DNA of 56,697 nt, the filler included, from Sphacelaria rigidula (Eukaryota), in NCBI GenBank assembly GCA_964200075.2. It is 3 parts of 3 records of this genome, joined end to end, with 100 filler letters (N's around TTAATTAATTAA, not from the genome) between each part and the next. Parts side by side here need not be neighbours in the genome. Positions count along the whole stretch, not along the records: positions 1 to 18,837 come from CAXNAA020000778.1; 2 more parts are not named here. The stretch is one strand, 5' to 3'. Position 1 is the stretch's first letter. Each line of letters opens with the position of its first letter. Under the pieces are notes generated by a model, which was not told where the DNA came from, searched no databases, and saw nothing but the letters and a program-made list of their open reading frames with translations. Made by a program: the position numbers and the translations under genes. Positions 1 through 12,136 of this stretch are shown piece by piece.

Positions 1-663
1 AAACAAATTTGGACAATCTTTGAGAAACTAAGAAATGAAGGATTCTGCATACTTCTGACGCTGACTACTGTAGGGTAAACGCGTTCTTGTTTTTCATCCT
101 TATTTTTCTCGACTACTCGCATCACGTATCGGTAATAGTTTGCACAGGTTCATATGTTTCCCTTTTTCGACAACAGGCGGTACGCGGTCATCCAAGTTCC
201 ACAGAAAGCTCTCAATCGGTCATCATTGCCCCTACAATCGTGGAAAACCTCTCATCCTCTATTCGAAAACATTCACCGACATTCTGGTGAAAGCGGTTCG
301 GACCCGTCGGTCTAAGTGCCGAAATCTTCCACACGTCGGACGAGCACGAGTGTGACTCGTGGCCCTCGCAATCGTTGGGCTGCTCGTTGGCCGTAAAAAT
401 TCACAGGGCGAATACTCGAGTCATTGCTCGTTGTGGAAAAAAATCATAGGGCGAGCACTCGAGTCAATACTCGTGATGAACGACTTCAGTGGAGGAGTCA
501 GCAATCCGATGACGAGCAAATATCTATAATGAGCTCTTCGACGATCTTAAACCTAAAATGTTCAAGTTCATATGCATATCTACGCATGTACAAGCATCAA
601 GCTACAAAGTACGTTTTCATTTTATCCAAGCCCGCGCCCCCCCCCCCCCCCCCAAACCAACAC

Positions 664-673
664 NNNNNNNNNN
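664..673. other. Small assembly gap
   Basis: 10 N; the sequences on either side are near-duplicates (aaagtacgttttcattttatcc...ccccc). Confidence 0.9.
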
Positions 674-911
674 AAAAGTTTTAATTTTCTTTTATTTTTT
701 ATCAGAGTATAAACATCCAACCACAAAGTACGTTTTCATTTTATCCCAGCCCCCCCCCCCCCCCCGACACACACAAATCAGAGTTCTACCAAAGCGGTGG
801 AGAGTATCTCTCGAGTAGTATATTCGCATTCATATTTAACAGTATTGCCGCTTGGTGCCGACCGATGAGCAATCCCTCTCCTACGAGTAAAGATGCTGGC
901 GGACCTGCAAC

Positions 912-972
912 GCACGATGGGGGGAAAAGGTGCCATAAACTCACCATTGTGGGGAGTCCGGTCCCACAGGGG
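912..972 (-). mobile_element. Terminal fragment of a piggyBac-like MITE
   Basis: Ends ggtcccacagggg|ttag; reverse complement is homologous to the left end of 13515-13736. Confidence 0.55.
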
Positions 973-993
973 TTAGTACGATTTGTAATGGTC

Positions 994-2022
994 CACACCC
1001 TGGACAATACAATATGTTTCCAATATATATTAGTCGACCATATTGGAATTCTGCGGTATATTGCCGGTGTAATATATATATATTTATATATATTGGTACC
1101 CTTAGACTGCACGTGTATTGCGCGCCCAATATATGTTGATGTCGTGGGACTAAATGGACATTACCTGCCCAATGTATATTGGCACTATTGGGTTGAACAC
1201 ATGTTGTCCCATCAATATATATTGGGGAAGCGTGGGCGACAGCATATTGCACAACCAATATATATTAGGGTCGCATTGATGAGAACATATTGACCGGTCA
1301 ATATAATATATTGAGTCGAGGCGATGTGTACCATAATATATATTGAACGCAAACCATGCTGAAGTATTGTTTTTCCAATACATATATTGCGCACGCTGAT
1401 CGGATAGCTATTGTGCAGCCAATATACATTGAACACGCTTGCGGAGGAATACATTGAGCATTTTCGGCATGTAAAGCACGTCTTCGAATGGCGCCCGCGA
1501 ACAAAGAACTGTCCACCATATTATTTCCAATAGACTTTCCAATATACATGTTGAAAATCAATATATTTTACTACATCAACATGTATTGTGACCGTCGGTT
1601 CCCTCGTGTATTGTCCGCCCAATATATATTGGACGCATTGACGCACGACATATTGGGGCGGCAATATATTTTGGCGCTTCGGGTGTCGAGTATATTGAAT
1701 CGTCAATATATATTGACCTCGGGTGGCAGCAAATACATTACTCGATAAATATATATCGATGCCTTCTCGCACCAACATATTACTCGGCCAATATATATTG
1801 AGGTGGCGCGTGTCGTGATATATTGTTCGGTCGATATATATTGCATGTCGCGAGCCTTGATATCTTGATGGCACAATATATATATATATATATATATAAT
1901 ATATTATATATATTGACCCTTTGTCGTGTCGTCATATTGCTCGCCCAATATATATTGACCACCCGACGCGTCGATATATTGAGCGGGAAATATATATTAC
2001 ATATTGTATTGTCCAAGGTGTG
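994..2022. mobile_element. MITE-like TIR element nested in family A, packed with CAATATATATTG palindromes
   Basis: 23-bp TIRs cacaccctggacaatacaatatg / catattgtattgtccaaggtgtg; flanks taatggtc / taatgtca. Confidence 0.85.
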
Positions 2023-5019
2023 TAATGTCACAATATTACCATATTCTACCGTTGTTTAGCCAGGCTTCCACTATGTCTCGCGCCTCAAATCTGCACCACT
2101 TGAGATAATGATGATTGGTCCCTGAGTTGTCCAGAGAAGACGCGAGCAAGCGCGTCATCGCTTGTGATGAAAAAATAGATGACTCGATTAAACGAATCAT
2201 ACCCTGTGAGAATGTAAATGACTCGAGCAAAGGACTCGGTAGCTCGTGGTGGAAACAATCAAAAGGGCGAGCACTTGAGTCATTGCTTGTTGTGGAAATA
2301 ACTTAATAGGGCAAGCACTCGAGTCATTGCTCGTTGTGGAAAAAAATAATAGCACGAGCACTCGAGTCATGCTCGTTATGTCTTCAAACCACATCCACGA
2401 GTGCACTCGTTTCAACTAGTTATGACTCCTCCGGCGTGTGAAATCCTCGCTTCGGGTGCTCGCACCGGGATGGTTGACCATGTCCATACAAAACATGTTG
2501 ATTCCCCTTGGCTCCCTTGGACTGGATGGTGCCTATTTCATTTACGATTTCTGGAGATCAACACTGAGGGATCTGAAATCGACATACTAGACGTACCGGT
2601 GTGACTTCCTCGTCATGTTGATATCTTGATTGATTGTCGCACTACATTGACTAATCCCGGGGGAATCCTACCGTGATCACAAGAAAGACGTACCCAACGT
2701 AGGAGTCTCGAAATGGATTTCCCCCTTCTCAAAATCCCTTTTTGCAAGGGGATCGTCCCCACAACGACTAGTTTTTACCGAGAAGCAGTTTTGTTCACTT
2801 CAAACCAGATATTCACAGCTTCAGAATTCGGGGGTCTGGAAGTGGTCGTTAGTCTAAGGTTTCTTGTGATGCTACAGACGAGACGCAAGAAGGCAACACA
2901 GCACCTACACACCTAGCCCTCATGAAGCACGCACAGAAAACCACCACTCACACGCACTAGTTCCATCGCTAGCCCTTGCTAACCTACCTACGGCTATCTT
3001 TGACGAAAATCCGTTTTGTATTGATTGAACGAGTGGCAACCGCGTGCGTGTCGAAAGCACGCGAAAACGTGTCGCTGCTGACCGTTTGTGTGCGTGTGCT
3101 GTGGGCGCATCTCGCACAATCATTGCTGAATTATGAACAGATTTGAGCAAGGCCACGCACGACGTACACAGCTGATGAGTCGCTGCGGCTCAAGCCGTGT
3201 ATTTGTGGTTTCCGGGGGTACCAAGCTCCTCATCATTCAGCTCTGATTGTGTCGGGTCGTGTGGTGAGCATTTGCATGTGTCGGGTTATGTGGTGAGCAT
3301 TTGCACATACGCATGTAAACGGGACATGTTTGTTCCCCGTCGAGGTGCCCGGAATCTCCTTTTGGGGAAGGGATTTCCGAGAGCGTTTCTTCGCTCCCTG
3401 ATATTTCCCCCCCCAAAGGGGGTTTCTCGGTACATGATTTTGGGGGTGGTATCGCAGCGACCATCCAGTGGTCTTTTATCAAATAGCGGGTCTCGAAAAG
3501 AGGAAAATGCCCTTCATATCGTAGGGCCCTCAGCAACACGGGATCACTCCCTACAGGAGAGTCGAAGAAGGGTAAGGATGAAGACAGCAAGAAATGACAA
3601 CCATGAAACAAATTAGAAAAATAGCCAAACAGAAAAACAAGAGAGATCCAACTAAACGGGAAAAAAACTAGACTAAAGCAATGATGAGAAAACAGCGTCA
3701 CTTTCAAACTCCCAACTCGGAATCGACGTCCAGGCCACTGACTGAATCACTCGGAGTATAGTTATTTTCTCATAGTGAAACATCAAATCACAAGCTTTTG
3801 GCCTGGATGACCATGGAAGCACCATATCGAGTCTAGTTGTACAATAAGCTTTAATAGCTTCTCCAGCCTACCCAAGTGGCCATGAGTGAGAGTCCCTCGA
3901 CGACAGGCTGCACCGTCTAGCGTTTGCCGATCATAATTACGTAGATGCATGTGTTGATGTACAACGGAACGACAGGGCGAGCGATCCTGGCGTGATACAA
4001 CTAACCACACCTTTTACACCAAACGGCTACCTAAATCTTCACGACATGGTCAACTTCTACAGATGTCATATCAACGGGATGTGAAGATGGCTGGAAACGG
4101 TGCAGGACTTGCACCTGCTTGGACACAAAGACTTACACATGTAACTATGAAATACCGCAGTCTTTTGGCCCAATGCAGGGTGATCGACACAAGTGCTCAG
4201 TGTCACGAGCTTACGAGAGAGTTCCATCGACGAGTCACATCTCCCCAGTGACGCTATTTATATTATTCTACCCTCTCCTCTCCTCAAGCCGATTGTTCAC
4301 GTACCAGAAGAACCACCAATTCATCGAGATCCAAAAACAGCTCCTACGCTGCAGCTAGACAGCGCACACCCATGCCAACACTAAAACCTTGAATATCGTG
4401 AGGCTTTTTGACCACATATATGTTTTGCACTGGCGCGCTGTTCATATTATTCCACACGAGAGGGGGAGTGTGAGTCGAAGAAACACCCGTCGCCCGCTAA
4501 ACACGCGCAGAACATAGCGACGCTCTGTTGGGTGCCGTTTTGTCAAACTAAGCCGTGACCCAATCGCCCGCCTTCCGATGCTAAAGCTCCCCGGTTTCGA
4601 AGTCGCTGCACCATAAGAGCCACAATACAAAAACGAGCAGGACCATCACGACCATTACCAACATCCGCGTTTGCAGCGCGCGTCCCGATCTTTCCTCGAA
4701 CCGGGCCGGCGTATTCGATCCCACCTGCGAAGAGAAACGACACGATAAGTTCACTGTCGAGCTTTGGGCCTGCAGCATCGTGCGGTTGAAAATATGTCCC
4801 GCACAGCCATCGTCGAGAGTCATTCAACTGGGTAAAGCCAGCGACACGCCGCATGTCCTCCTTCCGGGGATTGGTGCTCGCTCCTCGAAGGCATTGATCG
4901 ACAGTATTGTCGAGTCACAACTTGCGATGTCCTCGATTGTCTTGCCTTATCAACGAACCTGCGCTCTTCCGGTGTCCAGGACGCACTTCTTGGCGACAGT
5001 GTGTTCGTAAATTCCCCAA

Positions 5020-5625
5020 ACACTAGTGGGTACATGCCCAATTCTGTTCTCAATACTGCAATGCTCGTCGTCTTCGAGCATGCAAGTATTTTCTAGCTGC
5101 TGTCACTTGTGCTATTTTCATCCCTTTCGCCAACTTCACGTTCCCCTCCCATACTTCTCCTGCACATTCCAGCTTCGGCACAACCACATTCATCATGATA
5201 CATATCTTCATCTTAGTATCTAGGTGCGAGTATCTGAGGATCGCGTCTATCCTGCCCATCTGAACCTCACCTTTTTCCATTACTTCATTTATGCGTGCAT
5301 CCCGGTAACACTTTTTAAAAATCTCCATCCCAAGGTATGGATACTGGTGAGCATCAATCCTGATATCTTATCTTCCCCCACCTTGACTCCCTTCTTGCTT
5401 TCATTGCTCTTTTCAGATCATGACTATATGTCTCGAAATAAGTGGATGATGGCGTACTTTTTTGTGCAACTTCTTGTAAATATCAAAATATTCCGAAACT
5501 CCCCCGCCTAGCGTCATGGCACGTTTGGCACATTTTCTCTCGGATCCCAGTTTCCCACAACTTTCCCACAGCCTATTCCTATATACTTCGTCGTAGGCCT
5601 ATTGTACGTCCCAAGGTTCGTCTGA
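5020..5625 (-). mobile_element. Degenerate non-LTR retrotransposon (LINE) reverse-transcriptase fragment
   Basis: DVQ*AYDEVYRNRLW, SEYFDI..QEVAQ, GVKVGEDKISGLML (catalytic ADD region deleted), YLGMEI, KICIMMNVVVPKLECAGEVWEG, RTELGMYPL; stops and frameshifts. Confidence 0.85.
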
Positions 5626-6152
5626 AAATTACTTGATTTTAGTATGATGAGACGACTCGTAACGAATCAATCCCTAGGCTTTATTTCAGCGTTGCAGCCC
5701 AGGTACACGCAGCCCAGACACGTGGAATGGCGTAAAAGTTGCGTGAATATCCCTTGGGCCAGCGATCAACCTCTTTCTCCCGTTTAGGCAGTCATGCCGA
5801 AGAAATCGTGAATTTGGTGATTTTGAGTCGTGATGGTTTATTCTAACCATGGAACATTTCACACGATGGACAAAATATGGTCAACAGTTGCATCAGACAG
5901 AATATGCTTTGTGTAGCGATGGTCTGTTACAGCGGCAAACCATGAATTGTGCAGAGCGTGGAACATGTGTGAGGGGTTCCGTTGCGAAACTGAATAAAAT
6001 GATGCAAGGAGGTCGTCTTCATGTCGAAAAAGTCGCTCAATACTAAAATCGAAACATTTGGGAGTTGCACTGGCACGATACACAAATGAAGCCACTCATT
6101 TGAGGCTGTTATCCATACGCAAGATCATCGGTACGCTTCGGGCCAAAAAATC

Positions 6153-7660
6153 CAAGGTTGTGTTCTGTAAGGTACGGGTATGTTCTGTAGGGTACGAGAT
6201 TCGTTACAGAATTGTCGGATACCGATATAAAAGTCTTACAGAAAATACAGGACTTGTTGGGTTCGGTATGGGAGACTTACAGAAAACTGGTACCGGCAAT
6301 CGGGCAATTCGTTTAGGGCATACCCGCCTCTCGGGTTATGGTAAAGTTCTTGCGCAGAACTCACAGAAACCGTCGGGTAGGGTATTGAGATTGCACAGAA
6401 AACCGTACGCGCAACCGGGTATCTTACCAAAAGCATACCCGTGCCTCCCGGTAACGTTACGGGAGGCTTACAGAACTCATAGAACTATCGGGTACGGGTA
6501 TGAAGGACTCACAGAGATTACAGAACTGTCGGGTACGGTAAGAACCCGGCAAAGTACCCCAGGTATACAGAAAAACATACCCTACCGAACACGACCTTGG
6601 CATTATCATCATCCCTCCCTGACGTGGGACCTACGTCACTACACCAGTGGCGAAATACAGATGACTGTTCACGAAAACTCTTGAGGGCTTCACGGGGTTG
6701 ATAGAGAAAGACTACACGAACAATCGCAGTAGTACATGTGCACGGGATCGTCAACATCTATCGGCTCTTCCGAAGCCCGTCGGCACGCGACAAAATCGCC
6801 GACGGCCTTGACTTTCGGCGGCATCTCATACTCTGTGCTGTATATATCGATAACGGCTTGGGGTTTGATGACCACGACATAACCACCGTCAACATCGATG
6901 ACGTGCGTCTTGCTACTTTATCCCCTGCTGGCGAAGATGAAGCGCCCCCGCTCGAGCCACCGCTCGAGTCTGGGGGTAATCCATCCTGACGGTCTGCAGT
7001 GCTACTCATGTTTCGTGTTTCCACCGAGCGGTACCTTCTATCCCGTCAGATCCCAAACTAAAGCACTTTTCAACATTGAATCATTGTTGTTGTGCAGTTT
7101 TGAACGAAGGAGTTGGGTGGGAGGTACATGTTCAAGTCATGAGGTCGTGTTTAGATTGAACCTATATCCGTACCTCCCCAAGGTATATACCTGTGCTCAT
7201 ACCTGCAATCGGGTATATCTATAACGGTATACCCCTACCCGGGGTAGGGGCATGGGAGGCTCACAGAACTGTTGGATACCGGTACTGGATAAAAGTCCAA
7301 GAGAAATTATAGAACTTGTCGGGTACGGTATGGGAGGCTTACAGAAAAACGGTACCGGCAATCGGGTATTTCGTTGGGAGCATACCCGCGCTCCGGGTAC
7401 GGGCAAACATTCTGTACAGAACTCATAGAACTGTCGGGTAGGGTATGGAGGTTGCCCAGAAAACCGTACCCGCAATCAGGAATGTCAACAAGAGCTTCCC
7501 CATGCCCCCCGGTAACGATACGGGAGTCTTGCAGATATTACAGAACTATCGGGTATCGGTATGAAAGTCTTACAGAAGTCACAGAACTGTCGGGTACGGT
7601 AAATACCCGGCAAAATACTCCGGGAATACAGAAGACCGTACCCTACAGAACACAACCTTG
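6153..7660. mobile_element. hAT-like MITE pair or composite element (units ~6153-6599 and ~7140-7660)
   Basis: Outer TIRs caaggttgtgttctgtaaggtacgg / ccgtaccctacagaacacaaccttg (24/25); outer flanks aaaaaatc / gaaaaatc; the two units are homologous and rich in acagaa and gggtac repeats. Confidence 0.8.
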
Positions 7661-7687
7661 GAAAAATCATATCAGGATACTGCTTGC

Positions 7688-7815
7688 CCCTCATGCGACT
7701 CGCGGAACACATCACTGCGCTTCGCGCTTGGTGACTGACTGCGAGCCTAATCCGGCAAAAACTCGGCATGCTCCGTCCCGGCTTTGTGGGAATGCGAGGT
7801 CAACGGTCTCATGAC
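7688..7815. repeat. Dispersed ~130-bp repeat (second copy ~12277-12405)
   Basis: Shared catgcgactcgc...gcgcttcgcgcttggtg...tgctccgtcccggctttgt. Confidence 0.75.
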
Positions 7816-9591
7816 AATGTCATGCAAGACGACGCCCACGTCCTCGTCCCGGCGTTGTAGGGATGCGGCGTCACTGTTTCCATAACGACGGCATGCAAGA
7901 ATGAACCCATGCTCTCTCCGCCCTAATGATGACCGTTGAACTATTACACCGCCGGGGCACGACGATAAACATACTCACACAGCTTGGCCACAAAAAACGG
8001 TCTGTGGTCTCCGTGCACTAATATTCACACCGACACATGGGCTGTTCAGATAAATGGCCGTGTTGTGCCACTAGAGAAACAAGATCTGAAGCCGTATTTG
8101 ACCACGGAAGATATTGGGTGATCTCAAGGGAGCTGAAGGTCAAAGAATTGGTAGATAAACGAGGCAATCGAAGAGATGAAGGGTGGAGAACAGGCGAAAG
8201 GTTGGCGAAATGTCACATGCGTTTGGATGTCGTCATACTGTCTGTCCGCGGGTCTAGGTGCGAGTGGAGGGGTGTAGAGTAGCCCACCCCCGTTACACGT
8301 GCAGGCGCATGATAAGCTAGCTGTCTGTTGGTACAGGAAATATGGATATGAGGTTTACATTAGATTAGGTCATGGGATATTCTCTAGAGTATGACTATGC
8401 CTGCCTGACATGATATGTGTGAACGGAGGTGCAAAGGGCACTTCAGATAACGAAAGCTGTGTTCGTGAACATCTCTCTCGAGGTCTCCAAGCCCAAGTGA
8501 GGGAGGAAGCCCTTGGATCAGTTTTGTGCTCTTGTTCCGAGTCCACAAGGGGTCTACAGGGATCAGAAGGGGTGCACCACTGACGCTGCCCGCGCTCTGT
8601 AAATGCCGCAAAAAAGCCGGTTCATCCTCTCATCCACTAGCCTGTCTCTTGGTGGTTGAGGCTTCTGTTGCTGTCCTTCCTACGGATTATGGGTGTGGAT
8701 TTGTGTGCGTGTGGTGCCAACATACGGCGCGGCCTGTCCGCATTAGTACCGGCTGGAGCCCCACAAGCCCTTCAGGGGCAAATCTTCGCACTACGGCAGA
8801 ACGATATGCGGAACATTCGACGCTTGAATGCAGTTCTGATTGATTAATTTGATTATTTGATTGCTGTGAATGTACCGCTAGACCCAAACGGAGTCAACGA
8901 TGGGCGTACCCAAGGTGAACAAAACGCCACCCCTCGCATTAAAAAAAACTGGGCAAACAAGAAGGGGGAACACACAAAGTGGACCGTGGGACACAAAAAA
9001 CAAGCATGAACAATAACAGAGCAACACATGAAAGCACGGAAAACAAGACAGGAAAAATACGGACAATGGCCTAGAGAAGGTATACCTTCTCGTATTTTGC
9101 CGAAGGAAGGTAAAAAAATAACCAGAAACGCGAAAACAGCAAAACACACAATCTAGATCGATTTTGCTCCGGATGTTTTAGGCACAGCAATTGGGGGAAT
9201 CCTCTGCACCCACGGTCTCGAAAAAAAACAGAAAAAAACATGTCACTCGCGAGATATGGCCATGCGCAGAAGGACGTCTCGCCTCCATAAACCACTTTTG
9301 CTTTTTATGGACAAATTTCCACACGTCGGGCGAGTCATTACTCGCCGAAACGAGTACACTCGTTGATTTTTTTTGAAAACACAACGAGTATGACTCGTGT
9401 GCTCGAGTCATTGATTTTTTCCACAAAGAGCAATGACTCGAGTGCTCGCCCCATCATTTGTTTTCCACAACGGGCAGTGACTCGAGTGCTCGCCCCATCA
9501 TTTGTTTTCCACAACGAGCAATAACTCGAGTGCTCGCCCTATTAGCTTGTTTCCACAACGAGCAATGACCCGAGTGGTCGCCCTGATGAAA

Positions 9592-10614
9592 CCCTTTTGG
9601 GACCGACCCCCCACTAACACGGGGTTGACCATGTGTTAATAAAATAATAAAGTAACTCAGGGAGCGACCTGCCGAATCACGGCGAGGTGAACTTTATCGA
9701 CCAGACCCGAACGACCAGCGCGGGGACTGTTGCCGAGCGTGATGTCACTGCAAAGGTCGTGTGGAGGCCTTATCCCTGGCCCAGACAAGCCTTCCCAGGT
9801 TTCCAAAGCTATGATGCTCGGAGCATGGCTTATCGTATGACCTGCAGTCAGTATAGCGTTCCCGGGGTTTCCCAGAAGTTTTTTGGATCGCCAGCCTCTC
9901 TAAAACGTAGTAAACGCACGAACACAGGGTGAAGTGGGAAAACCGGGGAGGAGAGTACATGCCCCAATGCGGTCATTTTAACGAGGCACAATACCCAGCT
10001 GGGTCGTGGACAGACAAAATGAGCTACCGTCATGAATTCTGTTCATCCCTCTGCCGACGACTTGCAGAACACTGTGAACATAAATGTAGTGGGCGGGGAT
10101 GAACAAGTTGTGTATAGGCAGCTGATCTCTGTCGCTGAGAACTGCCAAGAACGTGCAAGGGAGTATGCAGCAGCAGCTGCTGCTGCAGTTGGAGAGGCGT
10201 ACTACACTGTACTGTACAGTATGTATGTGCGCCACAACGCCCATACCCTTTAAAGAGAATTGGTTGCATGCAACAAAGAGGGAAATGGCGGCTCATCCCG
10301 ACCACAAAGGGCTGTATGGCAAGGTGATGAGGACATTATTATCATCCAAGGCCACAAGTGGCGGGCGGCCCGCCGGTCGCCGCATCCTGTTGAAAGCTCT
10401 CTACGGCGACACATACTGCTTGCTACATCTGATGTGCACTACCTAGTGCGCATCCTGCACCTGAAAATAGGTTGGATGAAACTTTCGGTCTTCTTCATAA
10501 CCCTACGGTTACATACGCGACTTTTCAGCAACATGCCACTGTTTCGTGCAGACTTCAGACACGTCATTCCTCACCAGCCTCATTGGTCATTCTGGAGGCC
10601 CGGTCCCAAAAGTG
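9592..10614 (+). mobile_element. piggyBac-like non-autonomous element, copy 1
   Basis: TIRs cccttttgggacc / ggtcccaaaagtg; full-length homology to 19023-20412. Confidence 0.75.
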
Positions 10615-11215
10615 ATGAATTTTTCAACAACGAGTAATGACTAGGCTCAATTATTATGCTAATAAGGTCGTTTTCTCATGCTAGTAATATCACCAAAAAT
10701 TATGCTCGTAAGTGGAATTTATGCTCGTAAAGTGGAATTTATGCTCGGTTTATGCTCGATTACGCTCGTAATATCCAACAAGGATGGCATTCTCGACCGG
10801 ATACAGACCCACCGATAACTATTTGCACGTTATATATATACAAGCCGCACGGGACCCAGGGCTGCGCCCCGGTCCCGTCTGTCTTTTTCCAGTGTCTCGA
10901 TATTCTTGCCTCGCCAAGCCCTCGTGAGAATAGATTCTCTCTCGAAATGTTCATGCCCGCCGGAAACATTGCAGGACCACCGCGATCGCGCGTCCGTTCG
11001 AACGGTCGCGAACGCATGTGTATTCCCGCACAAAGTAAAGCACGAATTCGCCAACCGGGCCCCCAGCATTGGTATTGGACCGAATAGCTATCTCCCGGGG
11101 CCGGTGCGGCAGGTCTTGCACACTAAAACCAGCAATAAATCTCGTGGACGCCTCGTTACAAAGTATGCTTCACGCTCGTTAGTTCGAAATATCCTATATA
11201 GATATACTATACGAA

Positions 11216-11484
11216 GAGTCATGCTACGATAGGGGGGGGGGGGGGGGGGGGTGTTCGAGTCGACGAAAAAATGTGCTCATAAATGCGTCGAACGACCTAA
11301 AACACCCGCGGTGCGCTTGTATCTGGGTCAAAGAGGTGTAACGCGGTATGAATGAGCGTTCTTCATCGAGAGCAAGCGTGTTCGAACAACTGTGGCTAAT
11401 TCCATCGGCGATTGAAGTGGAATTTCGTGGAACGAAACGGCCCAAAATACCCCCCCTCCCCCCCCCCCTATCGTCGCATGACTC
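11216..11484. mobile_element. GAG-terminated MITE with 4-bp TSD (Sola-like), copy 1
   Basis: TIRs gagtcatgctacgatagggg / cccctatcgtcgcatgactc; flanks cgaa / cgaa. Confidence 0.75.
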
Positions 11485-11886
11485 CGAAGTACCACCTACC
11501 TGCATTAATATGCCGTATTTTCCTGTTGTCGTGCGCGGTGCTTCATTGTATATCACCGCGCACTGTATGTACTGCATCTTGTGCTATATGCCGCCCCCCC
11601 ACTGCCATATAGACAAGACATATGGTAGGCAACCTGCTGATCCGGATATTCATCACAATCTGGCACAACGTGTGTATGTTGTGTACATCCTGCTAAGGAC
11701 GATGCGGACGTATCTCGTCATCACACTCAAAATGACAAGTCACGAAATCACAGATGTGTTAACTCGTCGCCTATCTCATGTCGAGAAACTCGTGTCCAAG
11801 GACAACGACAAACGAAAAACTGGCATTTGATGGATGAGTGATTGTTAGATTGCTTGTCTCGCATTAAACGATCCGCTTCGAATCCA

Positions 11887-12136
11887 GAGTCATGCTATGA
11901 TGGGGGGAGGGTATTTGGGGCTGTTTTTTACCACGAAATTCTACTTGAAAACGTCGTTACTAGCAGCATCAATTGTTCGAACGAGCCTGCTCCCGATCAA
12001 TAACGCTCATTCATACTGCTTTGCACCGCTTCCACTCAAACACAAGCGCGCAGCGAGTGGTTTAGGTCGTTTGACGCATCCTTGAGCACTTTTGTTCGTG
12101 GAATCGAACACTACCCCCCCTGTAGTAGCATGCGCA
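11887..12136. mobile_element. GAG-terminated MITE, copy 2, inverted relative to copy 1
   Basis: Reverse-complement homology to 11216-11484; flanks tcca / taca. Confidence 0.7.

Larger units (their letters stand above)
330..2440 (+). mobile_element. Non-autonomous hAT-like element (family A), complete, with nested insertions
   Basis: TIRs cacacgtcggacgag / ctcctccggcgtgtg; 8-bp TSD aaatcttc / aaatcctc; subterminal ~43-bp repeats; retains the MSNP start (865) homologous to the transposase start at 15308. Confidence 0.85.

Noticed and set aside
786..2059. Cluster of overlapping Y/I-rich ORFs
   Set aside because: Translations of ATATAT palindromic repeats within a MITE.
6058..6684. 208-aa ORF (and 7374-7814)
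   Set aside because: Chance read-through of MITE internal repeats; no protein motifs.
9400..9590. CRISPR-like array of palindromic repeats
   Set aside because: Spacers are only 6-9 nt and not unique, there are no cas genes, the context is eukaryotic, and the repeats are subterminal parts of a TIR/TSD-bounded element.
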